Origin: Torpedo marmorata
Taxonomy: Eukaryota
Assembly (NCBI GenBank): GCA_977017645.1
Contig: OZ360228.1
Location: forward strand, 140,058,001-140,122,000
Direction: 5' to 3'
DNA: 64,000 nucleotides
Shown here: positions 35,125-48,582 of the stretch, in pieces
Position numbering within the stretch: the stretch's first letter is position 1
Layout: each line of letters starts with the position of its first letter
Translations under genes and position numbers: made by a program
Notes under the pieces: generated by a model
Database searches by the model: none
Seen by the model: the letters and a program-made list of their open reading frames with translations, nothing else
What the model was told of the DNA's origin: nothing

Positions 35125-35830
35125 CTGTCAATAAAACAGATAGCAAAACGCCCAGATTACTTTCAAAGGAGTGAACTTCCAGTAAGTGTATTTACTTAGC
35201 AATAAAATCTTAACGACCTCCAGCTCCTTACTGAGAAGCGATGGGATGTTATCTCATGGGGAGATAAGCAGTTTCCCCCAACAGAAACAACTTCTTCCTT
35301 TACCATAATCTATGGTTGCTTCACAAAATGATATTCCTTTCGCTCAAGTCATTTAACACCAGACACAGGTTCTCCAAGTATATGGAAGTCAAAGAGCATG
35401 GAAACAGGCCATTCGGCTCAACTTGCCCATGCTGACCAAAATGTCCCACCCACACCAGTCCTACCTGCCTGCGTTTGACCCATAATCCTCTAAACCCATC
35501 CTATCTATGTATCCGTCCAAGTATTGTTATTTACCTGGTTACATCGTCTGCATGCAACAGGGTACAAAGCATTTTCCTGATGGATATGTTAGGAGTTGTT
35601 CTCCCTGCTTCTTAATGCCTGGGGGCTGATTCCAGCTGGTAAGGTGAGCCACTGCTGAGGTTCACACACCTCAGGGGGATGGTGAGGGGGGGGTCGTCAC
35701 TGGGCGCACCTGTGGTGGGATGTCGTCACAGGCGGTTCCCGGGTTACAGCTGGGTTCTGCTCCGATTGAGATCGTAGCAGGAAATGGTGCTACTGCCGGA
35801 GATGCTGAAATAGCAGCGATGCCGCTGGTA

Positions 35831-36765
35831 CAGAAGACTTCATGAACAGAAATACAGAGGCTACACTGCAAGATGCAAACCACCAGTTAGCCACAAAAAG
35901 GATGGTCAGATTACAGTTTGCCAAGAAGTATTTAAAAGAGCCTGCAGAATTCTGGACAAAGGTCTTGTTGACAGATGAGACCAAGATTAACCTGTATCAG
36001 AGTGATGGCAAGAGCAAAGTGTGGAGGCGTAAAGGAACTGCCCAAGATCCAAAGCATACCACCTTTGCCATGGTTTGCATCTTGCAGTGTAGCCTCTATT
36101 TCTGTTCATGAAGTCTTCTGCGGACAGTAGTCATTGACATATCCACACCTGCCTCCTGAAGAGTGTTTCTGATCTGTCGGACATACGTTTGGAGATTTTT
36201 CTTCATTATGATGAGAATTCTTCTGTCATCAGCAGTGAGGTCTTCCTTGGAATACCAGTCCCTTTGCGATTACTGAGCTCACCAGTACGCTCTTTCTTCT
36301 TAATAATGTTCCAAACAGTTGATTTTGGTAATCCTAATGTTTGGGCCATTTCTCTTACTGTTTTATTCTTGTTTTTCAGCCTCATAATGGCTTCTTTGAC
36401 TTTCATTGGCACAACTGGTCCTCATGTAGAAAAATGGCAACTACACACTCTAAAGGTGATCAAAAGCTTAGAAGCAAGCCTTGCTCTCTTATACCTGCAC
36501 CAATGAAGCAATTAAATGTACCTGAGTAATCACAAACACCTGTGAAGCCAAATGTCCCAAACATTATGGTGCCCTGAAATGAGGGGACTTTGTGTAAAAA
36601 GTTCTGTAATTTCTACAGGTCAAACCAAAATGTGTACAAATAACCCTGAATAAAATCTGGAATGTGCACTTTAATTATGTGAATTGTTACAAATTTAAAA
36701 CTGTGGAGCGCAGGGGTAAATAAAGGAAAAAAGTGTCTTTGTCCCAAACACTGTGGAGGGCACTG
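35831..36765 (-). mobile_element. Tc1-family DNA transposon remnant with internal inversion
   Basis: TIR CAGTGCCCTCCACAGTGTTTGGGACA ends at 36765 followed by TA. The paired-like HTH (REMAQTLGLPKSTVWNIIKK) is on the minus strand, whereas FWTKVLLTDETKINL..VWRRKG is on the plus strand. Confidence 0.88.
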
Positions 36766-38941
36766 TATTTCACACCACTTTGAGGGAACCTGCAAGTGGG
36801 GGCTATTCCATTTGCCTGAAGCCCTTGTCCTTTGTGGTTCCAGCTTGGGACTTGCTGGAACCCAGGTGAGTAACTGCAGTGCGTTTTGTAGACTAAATAA
36901 CCTGCAGCAACTCTACATGGGCGGTGGGTTGAATGGTAGGACGGTGAATAGAGTGGGCTGCCTTGTCCCAGGTGACGTTGAACTGTTGGGAGCTGCACTC
37001 ATCCAGGTGAGTGGAAGAGTTTTTCACCAGACTCCTGACTTGGGAACATAAGAAATAGAAGCAGGAGTAGGCCGCCTGACCTGTCAAGTTTAAAGGGAGT
37101 GTGGGATCGGGAGCCAGATGCTGAACTGTGATTTCCGAAGAGTAGGATAGCGAATTATTGAGGCGTTGCTGTAGATTTTCATCAGAACATTGCTTTGGGC
37201 TCCTTGATTTTAAGAACTCATGGTTCAAACAGTATGCAGCTGATCCCTGTGGATAGTTCTGTTGAGTTGCAAGGCTTCAATTATACTCCACTTGTTTTGT
37301 TGTTGTCCAGAGCATAGCAACTAATCGCCCGACCGAAACATTATCACAGACCCAGAAGCAATAAAGATCCTGCAAAGGTGCACACGTCTAAACCCCCTGG
37401 CTGTATCACATCTATCACAGAAAGGGACAAAGAAAATGTATTTTCATAAAGCAGCCTTTCTCAGCTTCACGTTGAAGTCCAATAAGATCTCACCTCACCC
37501 TTTTGACATTGAGTACAGCCCCAGGCTTCTCAATCTCTCCTCACAAGCTAACCCCCCTCATGTCCACAATCAACCCAGTGAACTTCCTCCGCACTGGCTC
37601 CTAATGCCTGATTAAAACCCCACAGAGTGTTTACCATGTTAAAAGCTGCTGTACAGGTACAAGCCATCTTTGACCAATAACTTGATGGACATAATTACAG
37701 AGAATTTGCGACAGGAGTGGAGTGAATGCTCAGCAGACTGGTTCTTGGAATGGTGGGCCTGTTATAAAAGCAGAGTTTAAACAGGCTAGGGCTCTCTGCT
37801 CTGCTGAAGAATGAAAGGTGCCTCTCAAACCATACTCAAAAGGATAAGTGCTTCTCCAGGCTGAGGAGTCTAAAACCAGGAGAACGTTAATTGCACTATG
37901 ATGCTGCCGCAAAACACCAAATTTCATGACTTCTTCATGACAATAAATTCTGATTCTGATTCTGACATTGAGTCAATACAAGTAAAAACACAAAATGCTG
38001 GAGAAGCTCAGCAGGTCAAACAGAGTCCTTTATGTAGCAAAGGTAAAGATACATAACCGACGTTTCGGCCTTGAGCCCTTCAAGTCAAGTCACCTTTATT
38101 TGTCGTTCATTACCATATACACAGTAAGACGAGATAGCGTTTCTCCAGGACCATGGGCAGATGTACATAAATATCATAATACAATAGAAAAAACTATAAC
38201 ATGCTAATACACATTTCTATCTAGGAATTGAGGAGCCTGATGGCTTGGGGGAAAAAACTGTCGCACAGTCTGGACGTACGAGCCCGAGTGCTTCGGTACC
38301 TCCTTCCAGATGGCAAAGGGGAAAACAGTTTACCAAAGGGGTGTGAGAAGTCCTTCACAATGTTTTTAGCCTTCCTCATGCATCATGTGTTGTAGATGTC
38401 TGTCATGGTGGGGAGAGAGAATCCAATAATTTTCTCCGCTGCCCTCACTATCCTCTGCAGGGTCTTTCGGTCCGAGGTGGGACAGTTTCCAAACCAAGCA
38501 GTGATGCAATTGCTCAGAATACTCTCAATACATCCCCTGTAGAATGTAGTGAGGATAGGGGGTGGGAAATGAACTTTCCTCAGTCTTCGCAGGAAGTAAA
38601 TACACTGCTGGGCTTTCTTGAATATTGAACTGGTGTTTAGGGACCAGTTGAGACTCTCCGCCAAGTGCACTCCAAGAAACTTGGGACTCTTTACGACCTC
38701 AACGGTAGACTCGACAACCAACTCTTTTGTTTTGTTCATGTTCAGCTGCAGGTTGTTGTTTCCGCACCATTCCATTAGCGACTGCACCTCATCTCTGTAT
38801 GCTGACTCATCATTCTTACTGATAAGGCCCACCACGGTTGTATCATCAGCAAACTTTATGATGTGATTCGAGCTGTGTTTTGCTGCACAGTCATGAGTCA
38901 GCAGGGTGAACAGCAATGGACTAAGCACACAACCCTGGGGA

Positions 38942-39190
38942 AAAGTAAACACGAAAATCTGTAGACACCGTGGATGAAGTAAAAAACACAAAAGCTGGAG
39001 AACTCAGCAGGTCAAACAGTGTCTTTTATGTAGCAAAGGTAGAAATACATAACCGACGTTTCAGGCTTGAGCCCTTCTTTCTCATACTTTGAAGAAGGGC
39101 TCAAGCCTGAAACGTCGGTTATGTATTTCTACCTTTGCTACATAAAAGACACTGTTTGACCTGCTGAGTTCTCCAGCTTTTGTGTTTTTT
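38942..39190. mobile_element. Young fold-back Penelope mini-element
   Basis: 15-bp TSD ACACAACCCTGGGGA (38927-38941 and 39191-39205); ~98-bp perfectly complementary arms. Confidence 0.92.
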
Positions 39191-39673
39191 ACACAACCCT
39201 GGGGAGCCCCCGTGCTCAATGTAATAACCTTAGAAGTGCTGTTTCCAATCTGGACTGCCTGAGGTCTTCCCGTCAGGAAGTCAAGGATCCAATTACAGAG
39301 GGTGTAGTTTAGGCCCAGCCCCCTCAACTTCCCTATCAAGTACTGAGGTATGATCGTGTTGAATGCCGAGCTGAAGTCAATAACCAGCATTCGAACATAC
39401 GTGTCCTTATTTTCCAGGTGGGTGAGGGCTAGGTGGAGGGTGGTAATGATGGCATCATCTGTGGAGCGGTTTGATCTATATGCGAACTGCAGGGGGTCCA
39501 GTGAGTGGGGCAGCAGAAGCTTGAGGTGCCTCATGACGAGCCTCTCGAAGCACTTCATGACGGTAGATGTGAGTGCGACAGGGCGGTAGTCATTGAGGCA
39601 GGACACCGTCGACTTCTTCGGCACAGGGATGATGGTAGCGGCTTTGAAGCACATTGGAACCACGGCACTGGTT

Positions 39674-42327
39674 TTTTTAAAAAATTATTTTATTTAAACT
39701 TTTAAATCACAAAATACATAAAATAAAATATAAAATTATCAAAATACATGTGATATATTTTCACCCCCCCACCATCCCTCCCCTCCCCACTAATCTAGTA
39801 AAATTAAAATAAAAGTAAAAATAGAAAAAAAGAAAGAAAGAAAAAGATAGAATAAGGGGAATACCATCTATAAACTAATTCTATTATGGAGGTCAATTAT
39901 GCCAGTAGATCCGATATCCAGAGATCTTCAAATCCTTAAACCCACTGCTCTCATATATGGGCTCCGAATTTTCAAGAAAAAATGATATTTATTACGTAAA
40001 TTATAAGTGATTTTTTCCAGTGGTATACACGAACGAAGTTCTGCATGCCATCTTTCTAATCCTAAATCTAAGTCAGATTTCCAAGTAATAGCAATGCATT
40101 TTTTTGAAACAGCTAAAGCAATTCGTAAAAATTCTACTTGAAACATATTTAATTTCTTCTTAATACTAAATTTTCTAATATCTCCAAACAAAAATATCAT
40201 AGGATCCATTGGGAGTGTAATTTTAAATACTTTATCTAAAAAATTTTTAACTTTCAACCAAAAATCTTGAATCTTTGGACAAAACCATGTAGAATGAACA
40301 AAAGAACCTTCCTCATTATTGCATCTAAAACATAGTCCTGATAATATCGGATTAAATTTCTTTAATTTTTTTAAGTGTTAAATATAATTGATGAAAAAAA
40401 TTATATTGTACTAATCTATATCTAACATTAATAATCTTCGTCATACTTAACTTTCCAATGATTTTCATCTATATTTACATTTAAATCTAATTCCCATTTT
40501 AATCTTGATTTATGCAATCCTATTTTAGGCATTTTCCTCTGAAACAATTTATACATTTGAGAAATAAATTTATTAACATCTCCATTAGTAACTAATAATT
40601 CTAATTCACTTTGTCTTGGTAAAATCAAAGCATAACCTAATTTCTCAGTCAAAAAAGCTTTAATTTGATAATAAGCTAAAAATGTATTATCTGGTATATT
40701 AAATTTATCTTTCATTCTTTGAAACGTAATAAATTTACCAGCTTCAAAACAATCATTAATCTTCTTAATACCTTTTTGAAACCAAATTTTAAGTAACTGG
40801 TTATTAACAGTAAATGATATAAGTCCATTTTGATATAATGGCATATTTTAAGAAATTAATCCTCTTCCACCTATCTCTTTATCCGTCTTACCCCATATTT
40901 CTAACAAATGTTTAATAATCGGTGAATTTTTCTTTTTTAATAATATTAATTTAGAATCCCATTTATAAATAATTTCTTCTTTAAGATTTTCTCCTATATT
41001 ATTTAATTCTATTTTAATCCAAGCAGAAGATTTAGTTAAATCAAAAAATTCATTAACAAATTTCAGTTGAGCTGCTTTATAATAATTTTGAAAATTAGGA
41101 AGTTGCAATCCACCCATCTCATAATTCCAGGTTAACTTTTCCATACTTACTCTTGCTAACTTTCCTTTCCATAAAAAATTCCTAATAATAAAATTTAAAT
41201 CTTTAAAAAAAATTTGAGGAATTCCAAAAGGAATTGATTGAAAAAGATACTGCACTCTTGGAAAAATATTCATTTTAATACAATTTACCCTTCCCATTAA
41301 AGTTATGGGTAAATCTTTCCAGTTCTCTAAATCTTTCTTTATTTTCACAAATAATGGTAAATAATTTAATTTATATAAATTTTCCAATTTTGAATCAACC
41401 TTAACCCCCAAATATTTAATTCCTTCTTTAGCCCATTTAAATTGTGTAATTTCTTTACATCTAGTATAATCACCCTGAGATAAAGCCATTATTTCACTTT
41501 TATCAGAATTAATTTTATATCCAGATATTTCACCATATTCTCTTAATATAATAGATAGTTGTTGAAGTGATATAATAGATTTTGTCATATATATCAATAC
41601 ATCATCTGCAAACAAACTAATCTTATGTTCTTCCGTACCAACTTTAATACCCACTATCTTAGGATCTTTTCTAACTAATTCAGCCAAAGGTTCTATCGCC
41701 AAAACAAATAAAGCTGGTGACAGGGGACATCCCTGTCTCGTAGAACGTGTCAAAGAACATTTTGGCGATATTTGTCCATTTGTGATTACGTTAGCTGATG
41801 GTTCTTTATATATAGTTTTAATCCAATTTATAAATGTATTTCCAAAACCAAATTTTTCTAATACCTTAAATAAAAAATTCCATTCTAATCTATCAAAAGC
41901 CTTTTCAGCGTCTAATGTTACAACTAATGGTAAATCTTGTTTCTTTTTATTTAAACTAATTAAACTAATTAATCTAGCTATATTATCCTTTGAATATCTA
42001 TTTTTAATAAAACCAGCTTGATCTGTATGTATCAAATCTGGCAAGTGTTTAGCCATTCTATTTGCTAAAATTTTTGCCATTATTTTATAATCTACATTTA
42101 ATAATGAAATAGGTCTATATGATTCAGTTTTTAATACATCCCTATCCTTCTTTGGTATAACTGTAATTATAGCATTTAAAAATGTTTTTGGTAATGAATG
42201 AGTTTCCGTAATTTGATCTAATACCTCCATATATGGAGGTATCAATAAATCTTTAAATTCTTTATAAAATTCTGATGAAAACCCATCATCACCCGGAGAT
42301 TTACCACTCTTCAACGAGGAAAAACGT
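39674..42327 (-). mobile_element. 5'-truncated L1-clade LINE (RT and C-terminal Cys domain), AT-rich
   Basis: KSPGDDGF, YRPISLLNVDYK, DAEKAFDR, TRQGCPLSP, LFADD; TSD AACCACGGCACTGG(TT) at 39658 and 42328; poly-T at the left end. Confidence 0.95.
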
Positions 42328-43639
42328 AACCACGGCACTGGTTGTCGGTGAGAACATCAGCCAGCTGGGCCGCACATCCCCTGAGCACTCTGCCGGGAAT
42401 GTTATCTGGCCCAGCAGCTTTCTGTGGGTTAACCTTGCTTAACACTCTCCTCACATCGGCCACTGTGAAACACAGCACCTGATCATTTGGAGGAGGGGTT
42501 GTCTTCTTTGCCACTACATCATTTTTTGCCTCAAAACGCGCGTAGAAGTTGTTCAGTGCATCTGGGAGGGAGGCATCACCAGCGCAGTCAGATGGTGTAG
42601 TCTTGTGGTTAGTGATATCTTGAATGCCCTTCCACATGCGTCACGTGTCCTTGCTATCCTGAAAGTGACTGAATTTGCTGGGCCTGTGCACGCTTTGCCT
42701 CCCAGATGGCCTTAGACAGCTTGACACTTGCGATAGCTAGGGTTACCTTGTCGCCAGCACTGAAGGCAGAGTTTCGGCTCCTCAGCAACACACGCACCTC
42801 CACAGTCATCCATGGCTTCTGATTAGAGCGAGTAATGATGGTCTTGGGCACAGTGACTTCATCAGTACACTTACTAATGTAGCTAGTCACCGATGCCGTA
42901 TACTCCTCCAGATTGATGCAGTCGCCATCGGTTGTTGCTTCCCTGAATTTGTGCCAATCAGTACGCTCAAAGCAGTCCTGAAGTGCATGGATGGCACCTG
43001 CTGGCTAGGTTTTAACCTGCTTCTGAACTGCTCTGAAGCATCTGGCGAGCGGTCTGTATGCTGGGGTTAGCATTACTGAGATATGGTTTGAGTATCCGAG
43101 GTGGTGGCGGGACTCCGCCCGATACGTGCCGGAAATGTTTATCAAAGTATGAGAAAATGCCGGCAGGCGTCCGAACAAAAGAGTGAGGGGGGGGGAAGGG
43201 GGTGGCAAAGGCAGGAGACGATAGGTGGAGAAAGGAGGGAGGGGACAGCAGCAAAGAGTGGGGGAGGAGGGATGGCTAGGTGGGTGGAAGAACTGGAAAG
43301 ACAGGACAGGGGGAGGGGAAAGGAAAGGCTAGCAGGTTTAGTGGAAAGCAGTAAAGTCAATGTTCATGCCATCTGGCTGGATAGTGCCCAGACGGAAAAT
43401 AAGGTGTTGTTCCTCCAATCTGCGGGTGGTCAGGGTGGGATAGTACACAAGGCCATGGACAGACGTGTGAGCGCGGGAGTGTGACTCGGAATTGAAATGG
43501 TTGGCCACTGGAAGGTCGCTGTTGTTGCGAACGGAACGGAGGTGCTGAGCGAAGCGATCTCCCAATCTGCGACCGGTCTCTCCGCTGTAGAGAAAGCCAC
43601 AAAGGGAGCATCGGATGCAGTAAATAAGTCCTCTGGAAG

Positions 43640-46600
43640 AGTAAGACTATAAGGTTTCTTAGTTTTAATGTTAATGGTTAAAGAGGAAAAGAGTCTTGGC
43701 ACACCTTAAAAAGCTACAGGCAGATATACGGTAGTTTTCTTACAGGAAACGTATCTTACAAAGCAGGAGCATAGCAAATTAAAAAGAGGTTGGGTGGGAC
43801 AGGTAGCTGCATCTTCTTTTAACTCCAAAGCCAGGGGGGTAGCTATCTTAATAAATAAAAATGTTCCAGTGGTGGTTGGGGACACGGTTGTTGACTCGGC
43901 AAGAAGATACGTAATGGTACATTGTCAGATTTACTCAGAACTCTTGAATATTTACGCACCAAATTTTGACGACCAGTCATTTATGCAGAATATTTTTTTG
44001 AGAGTGACAGGAGGACGACAAAACGTTTTGATTGGTGGGGATTTTAACTTCTGTCTGGATAAATCAGCAAAGACAGTTAAGAAAGCCAGGGCGGCTAAAA
44101 CAACCTTGGCTTTCATGAAAGATTTAAACCGAATAGATGTATGGAGACAGTTGCACCCTCAAGCTAGAGACTACTCCTTTTATTCAAAGCCCCATGATTC
44201 TTACACCAGGATTGACTATTTCCTGATGTCTGCACAATTAGAAGGCAGAGTGATTAAATCGGAATATCAAGCCAGACTTCTATTGGACCTCGCGCCTTTG
44301 ATTTTGTCTATGGTAATGCCAGATAAATAAGCTAATGCGTACAGATAGCGCCTTAATTCTACGCTGTTGAAAAGACCAGATTTCTGTGGTTTTATAAGGG
44401 GTCAGATAAATTTGTTTTGCGAAACAAACTGCCCCTCCAATAATAATAGTTTTCTAATATGGGATACATTGAAGGCATATCTAAGGGGGCAAATAATTTC
44501 ATACACCAAAAGTGTCAAGAAAAAATATATGGTGGAAATAAACAATTTGGAAAGGGAGACTTTAAAATTGGAAAAGGAATACCAACAGTCGGGATCGAAA
44601 GAAAAATATCAAACTTTGGTAAATAAGTAACTTAAATATAATACTTTACAAACATACAAAATGGAGAAGGATATTTTAAGATCCAAGCAGAAATACTACA
44701 AATTAGGGGAAAGAGCACATAAGGTTTTGTCTTGGCAATTGAGGACAGAGGAGACTTCGAGGACAATTAATGCAGTTCAGTCGGTACTGGATAAGATATC
44801 GTACAATCCAAAAGAGATCAATGACACTTTTAAACAGTTTTATGCAAAATTGTACGAGTCAGAGTCACCAAGTGACTCAACTAAAATAGATGAGTTCTTG
44901 TCCACGATTGAATTGCCAAAGTTGGATCAGATGGAATTAGGTGCCCCATTCTCTGGAGAGGAGATTGAAAAAGCCTTGGGTTCTCTACAGGCGAATAAAT
45001 CGCCGGGAGAAGATGGTTTCCCGCCTGAGTTCTACAGAGAGTTTAAGGATCTTTTGATGCCTCTTATTATGAATGTAGTTAACCAGGCAGCGGAAACACG
45101 GACTCTACCGGAATCCTTTTCAACAGCTATTATTACGGTTAAACCAAAGATAAAGAGACACCCATTAAAACCTTCTTCATACAGGCCCATTTCATTATTA
45201 AATGCAGACTACAAAATAATAGCCAAGGCATTGGCTAATAGATTGGGTCAATATTTACCAAAATTGATCAATTCGGCTTTATTAAGAGACACGGCCAACA
45301 ATTTGGGCAGACTATTGAGTATTATACATTTGGCACAATCAAAGGCAGACCCAAGTATAGCCGTGTTTTTAGATGTGGAAAAAGCTTTCGATAAGCTGGA
45401 ATGGCCTTTTTTATTCAAGGTAATGGAGAAATTTGGATTGGGACAATCATTTATTAATTGGGTAAGAACGCTCTATTACAAACCTCGGGCTAAGATCATT
45501 ACGAATGGCCAGATATCGTCAACATTCCCCTTAAGTAGGTCTGGCAGACAGGGTTGTCCACTGTCTCCAGGACTTTTTATCTTGGCAATTGAGCAACTGG
45601 CAGAATCTATTAGCGGGACCCAGACATGAAAGGATTCAGGATGGACCAGGTGGAACATAAAATTAATTTATTTGCAGATGATGTGCTGTTGTATTTGACA
45701 GACCCTGCCGAGTCCTTGGCCAGGTTGCAGACCACACTGGAAGATTAAGGCATGATTTCGGGTTACAAAATCAATTTAGAAAAAAGTGAGATCATGCCAT
45801 TGACAAAATTTGATTACAGGGAATATCAACAAAGGAGTCGTTTTAAATGGCAACCAAATGGTATTAAATATTTAGGAATATTGATTGATAATAATTTGCA
45901 AAATTTGTATAGACTTAACTACCTCCCTATGCTTAGAAAGATTGAAGACAATTTACTTAGGTGGGCAGGGTGAACTGCATTAAAATGAAGGTGATGCCGA
46001 GACTGCAATACCTCTTTCAGTCCTTGCTGATCCCATTGCCGCGGGTCTTTTTTAAAACACTTAACGGATACGTAAGGCAATTTATCTGCAGTGGTAAGGT
46101 CTCCAAAGTTTCCATGGAGAAGCTGACATGGGATTACAATTTGGGGGGTTTGCGATTACCAGATTTTAAGAAATATTATTTAGCAGCCCAGTCGAGGTTT
46201 CTTTCATCCGTTTTTGAGGGGGACGATCCCCCCTCGTGGGTCCAAATTGGACTACACACCATAGGAGAGAAAATAGCGAAGGATTTTATCTACAAATGGA
46301 ACACCAAATTAATATCTGGGTGAACGGACAACCCTATTCTAAAACATATGATTAAGATTTGGCAGGAAATCATTGAATGTACTGGAGGAAAGGTGGAAAT
46401 ATCACCAAAGGCACCTTTGATCCAAAACGAAACTATACCCATGGCTTTGGGTAACAAAATTTTAAATATTTGGCACCAGAAGGGACTCCGATATATTGAA
46501 GACTGTTACAATAAAGGACAACTTATGTCTTTTGAGCAAGTGAAGAGTAAATATGATTTGTCTAATGGAACCTTCTTCTGTTTTCTTCAACTAAGGTCCT

Positions 46601-47613
46601 TCTTGAGGGATAGATGGGGTCCTACAGTGAGCCCACCTAGGTGTAATGAAATGGAAAAGTTGATTCAATTGGGAAATGCACCTAAATTCATATCTAGAAT
46701 GTATTTCGTACTCCAAAGCGAAAGCTCTAAGCCGGGCCTACAAAGATCGAGAGAGAGGTGGGAGTCAGACTTGGGCATAACAATTCACGAACGATGCTGG
46801 TCAGACTGGTGTTTAGATAGCATGACAGCAGTCATTAGTGCCAGATATAGGCTGGTTTAATATAATTTCCTACACCAATTGTATCTCACACCACAAAAAC
46901 TACACAAGTCAAAATCAGAAATATCAGAAATGTGCTTCAGGTATGGGATAGAAATTGGATCCTTTTTACACTCCACTTGGTCATGTGCAAAGGTAAGGCC
47001 CTTTTGGCATGATTTAGCTAACGTACTAACTAGGATTACGGGAGTAGCCTTTCCACTATACCCAGAGTTGTATCTTTTCGGAAACCTCATGGACATAAGC
47101 AACCGATTATCTAAATTCCAAATTCAATTTGTAAACATTGCTCTGTCCGTAGCAAAAAAATGCATTGCAGTTACTTGGAAGTCCGACTCCCCCCTTCTCA
47201 TCACTCGGAGGTCTACGGAAATGTACAGCAGTATCCCCATGGAAAAAATTACATATAGTCTTAGAAATAAATATGATAACTTTGTTAAAGTGTGGCAACC
47301 GTACTTGGAGCACATTGGTGCTCAGTTGTAATCAAACCCCTGAGGTATGGTATACTGTAATGTATAATTATTTTAAGGGTGTGTCATCGCCAAATACTTG
47401 GACAAAAGTTGTAAGCGCTGACGGTACATTTAGTTTTCTTTTCTTTATCTTTCTCTTTTGTCTTGGTTTTATTCTTTTTGGATGGGGGAGGGAGGGTTAA
47501 GGGGCGTAATGTATTCTGTACTTGATACGTTTGAAATTTATGTATATTCGTGATTGTTTATTAATGTTTTGTGAAAATTTTTGAAAATGAAAAATAATTT
47601 TTTTTAAATAAAA
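43640..47613 (+). mobile_element. L1-clade LINE with nearly complete but disrupted ORF2 (APE endonuclease, RT)
   Basis: FLQET, RGVAILI, NIYAPN, GGDFN, RIDYF, KSPGEDGFP, RQGCPLSP, LFADD, with stops and frameshifts; TSD AAATAAGTCCTCTG at 43622-43635 and 47614-47627. Confidence 0.95.
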
Positions 47614-47851
47614 AAATAAGTCCTCTGAAAGTACAAGTCAAGTGTTTCTTCACTTGAAAGGCCTGTTTGAATGGGCTCCTCCACCTCCCATTTCTCACGC
47701 CCTCACATAGACTTTAGAATAAAAAGTGAACAGGAATGTTTGCAGATGCATTATTTAAATATATCTGTGTGTATGTATGTGTATGTATGTATATACAGTA
47801 TGTGTGTGTATCTACATATATATATATATATATCGGTATATATAGATAGAT

Positions 47852-48163
47852 ATGTAGCGCGTCGCTACGGTTAGAGCTCTGGAGCTTGGGAGGAGATGCT
47901 CACCCTCCGAGCGTTGAGTCAGAACTGGTCTACTCGGCCATCTGCTCTGCCTTTTTATAGGCTGGCCGAGCTGGGCTACTACGTCACTGGTGGGCATGGC
48001 TTGCGATCCGTCGACCAGGATTGGTCGGGCCACGATCCGTCGTCGGGGATTGGCCTGTTTCCCCCCTGCTGTTGTGGCCTATGGAAACAGGCCGTTTGGA
48101 TCATGTCCCACCTGCGTGATAGTCGCGTTCGACCATCACTTCCTGTGTCGGCCTGCGGAGTAG
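47852..48163. mobile_element. Probable LTR fragment next to a gap
   Basis: Starts TGTAGCG after an AT microsatellite; CpG-rich; TATAAAAAGG on the minus strand; the other end is lost in the gap. Confidence 0.45.
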
Positions 48164-48492
48164 NNNNNNNNNNNNNNNNNNNNNNNNNNNNNNNNNNNNN
48201 NNNNNNNNNNNNNNNNNNNNNNNNNNNNNNNNNNNNNNNNNNNNNNNNNNNNNNNNNNNNNNNNNNNNNNNNNNNNNNNNNNNNNNNNNNNNNNNNNNNN
48301 NNNNNNNNNNNNNNNNNNNNNNNNNNNNNNNNNNNNNNNNNNNNNNNNNNNNNNNNNNNNNNNNNNNNNNNNNNNNNNNNNNNNNNNNNNNNNNNNNNNN
48401 NNNNNNNNNNNNNNNNNNNNNNNNNNNNNNNNNNNNNNNNNNNNNNNNNNNNNNNNNNNNNNNNNNNNNNNNNNNNNNNNNNNNNNNNNNNN
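48164..48492. other. Assembly gap (N run)
   Basis: N bases. Confidence 1.
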
Positions 48493-48582
48493 TCACTATA
48501 AAATAGTGCTCAACACGTAATGTGGAGCTAAATAAATAAGTAAACAGAAAAGCACATGTGAGTAGTGTGCTTTTCTGTTTAC

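Larger units (their letters stand above)
38082..43140 (-). mobile_element. Rex1/Babar-type non-LTR element (APE end, RT, C-terminus), split by two insertions
   Basis: HLGYSNH (APE end), [54 protein letters not shown]; (CAAGT)n tail at 38081-38091. Confidence 0.92.
37982..47668 (-). mobile_element. Penelope 3' fragment acting as outer host of a nested cluster (pieces 37982-38082, 43141-43635, 47614-47668)
   Basis: GAGCCCTTC(A) at 38073-38082 continues as ATCAAAGTATGAG at 43141; GIY-YIG remnant at 43338-43635 continues after 47614. Confidence 0.85.
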
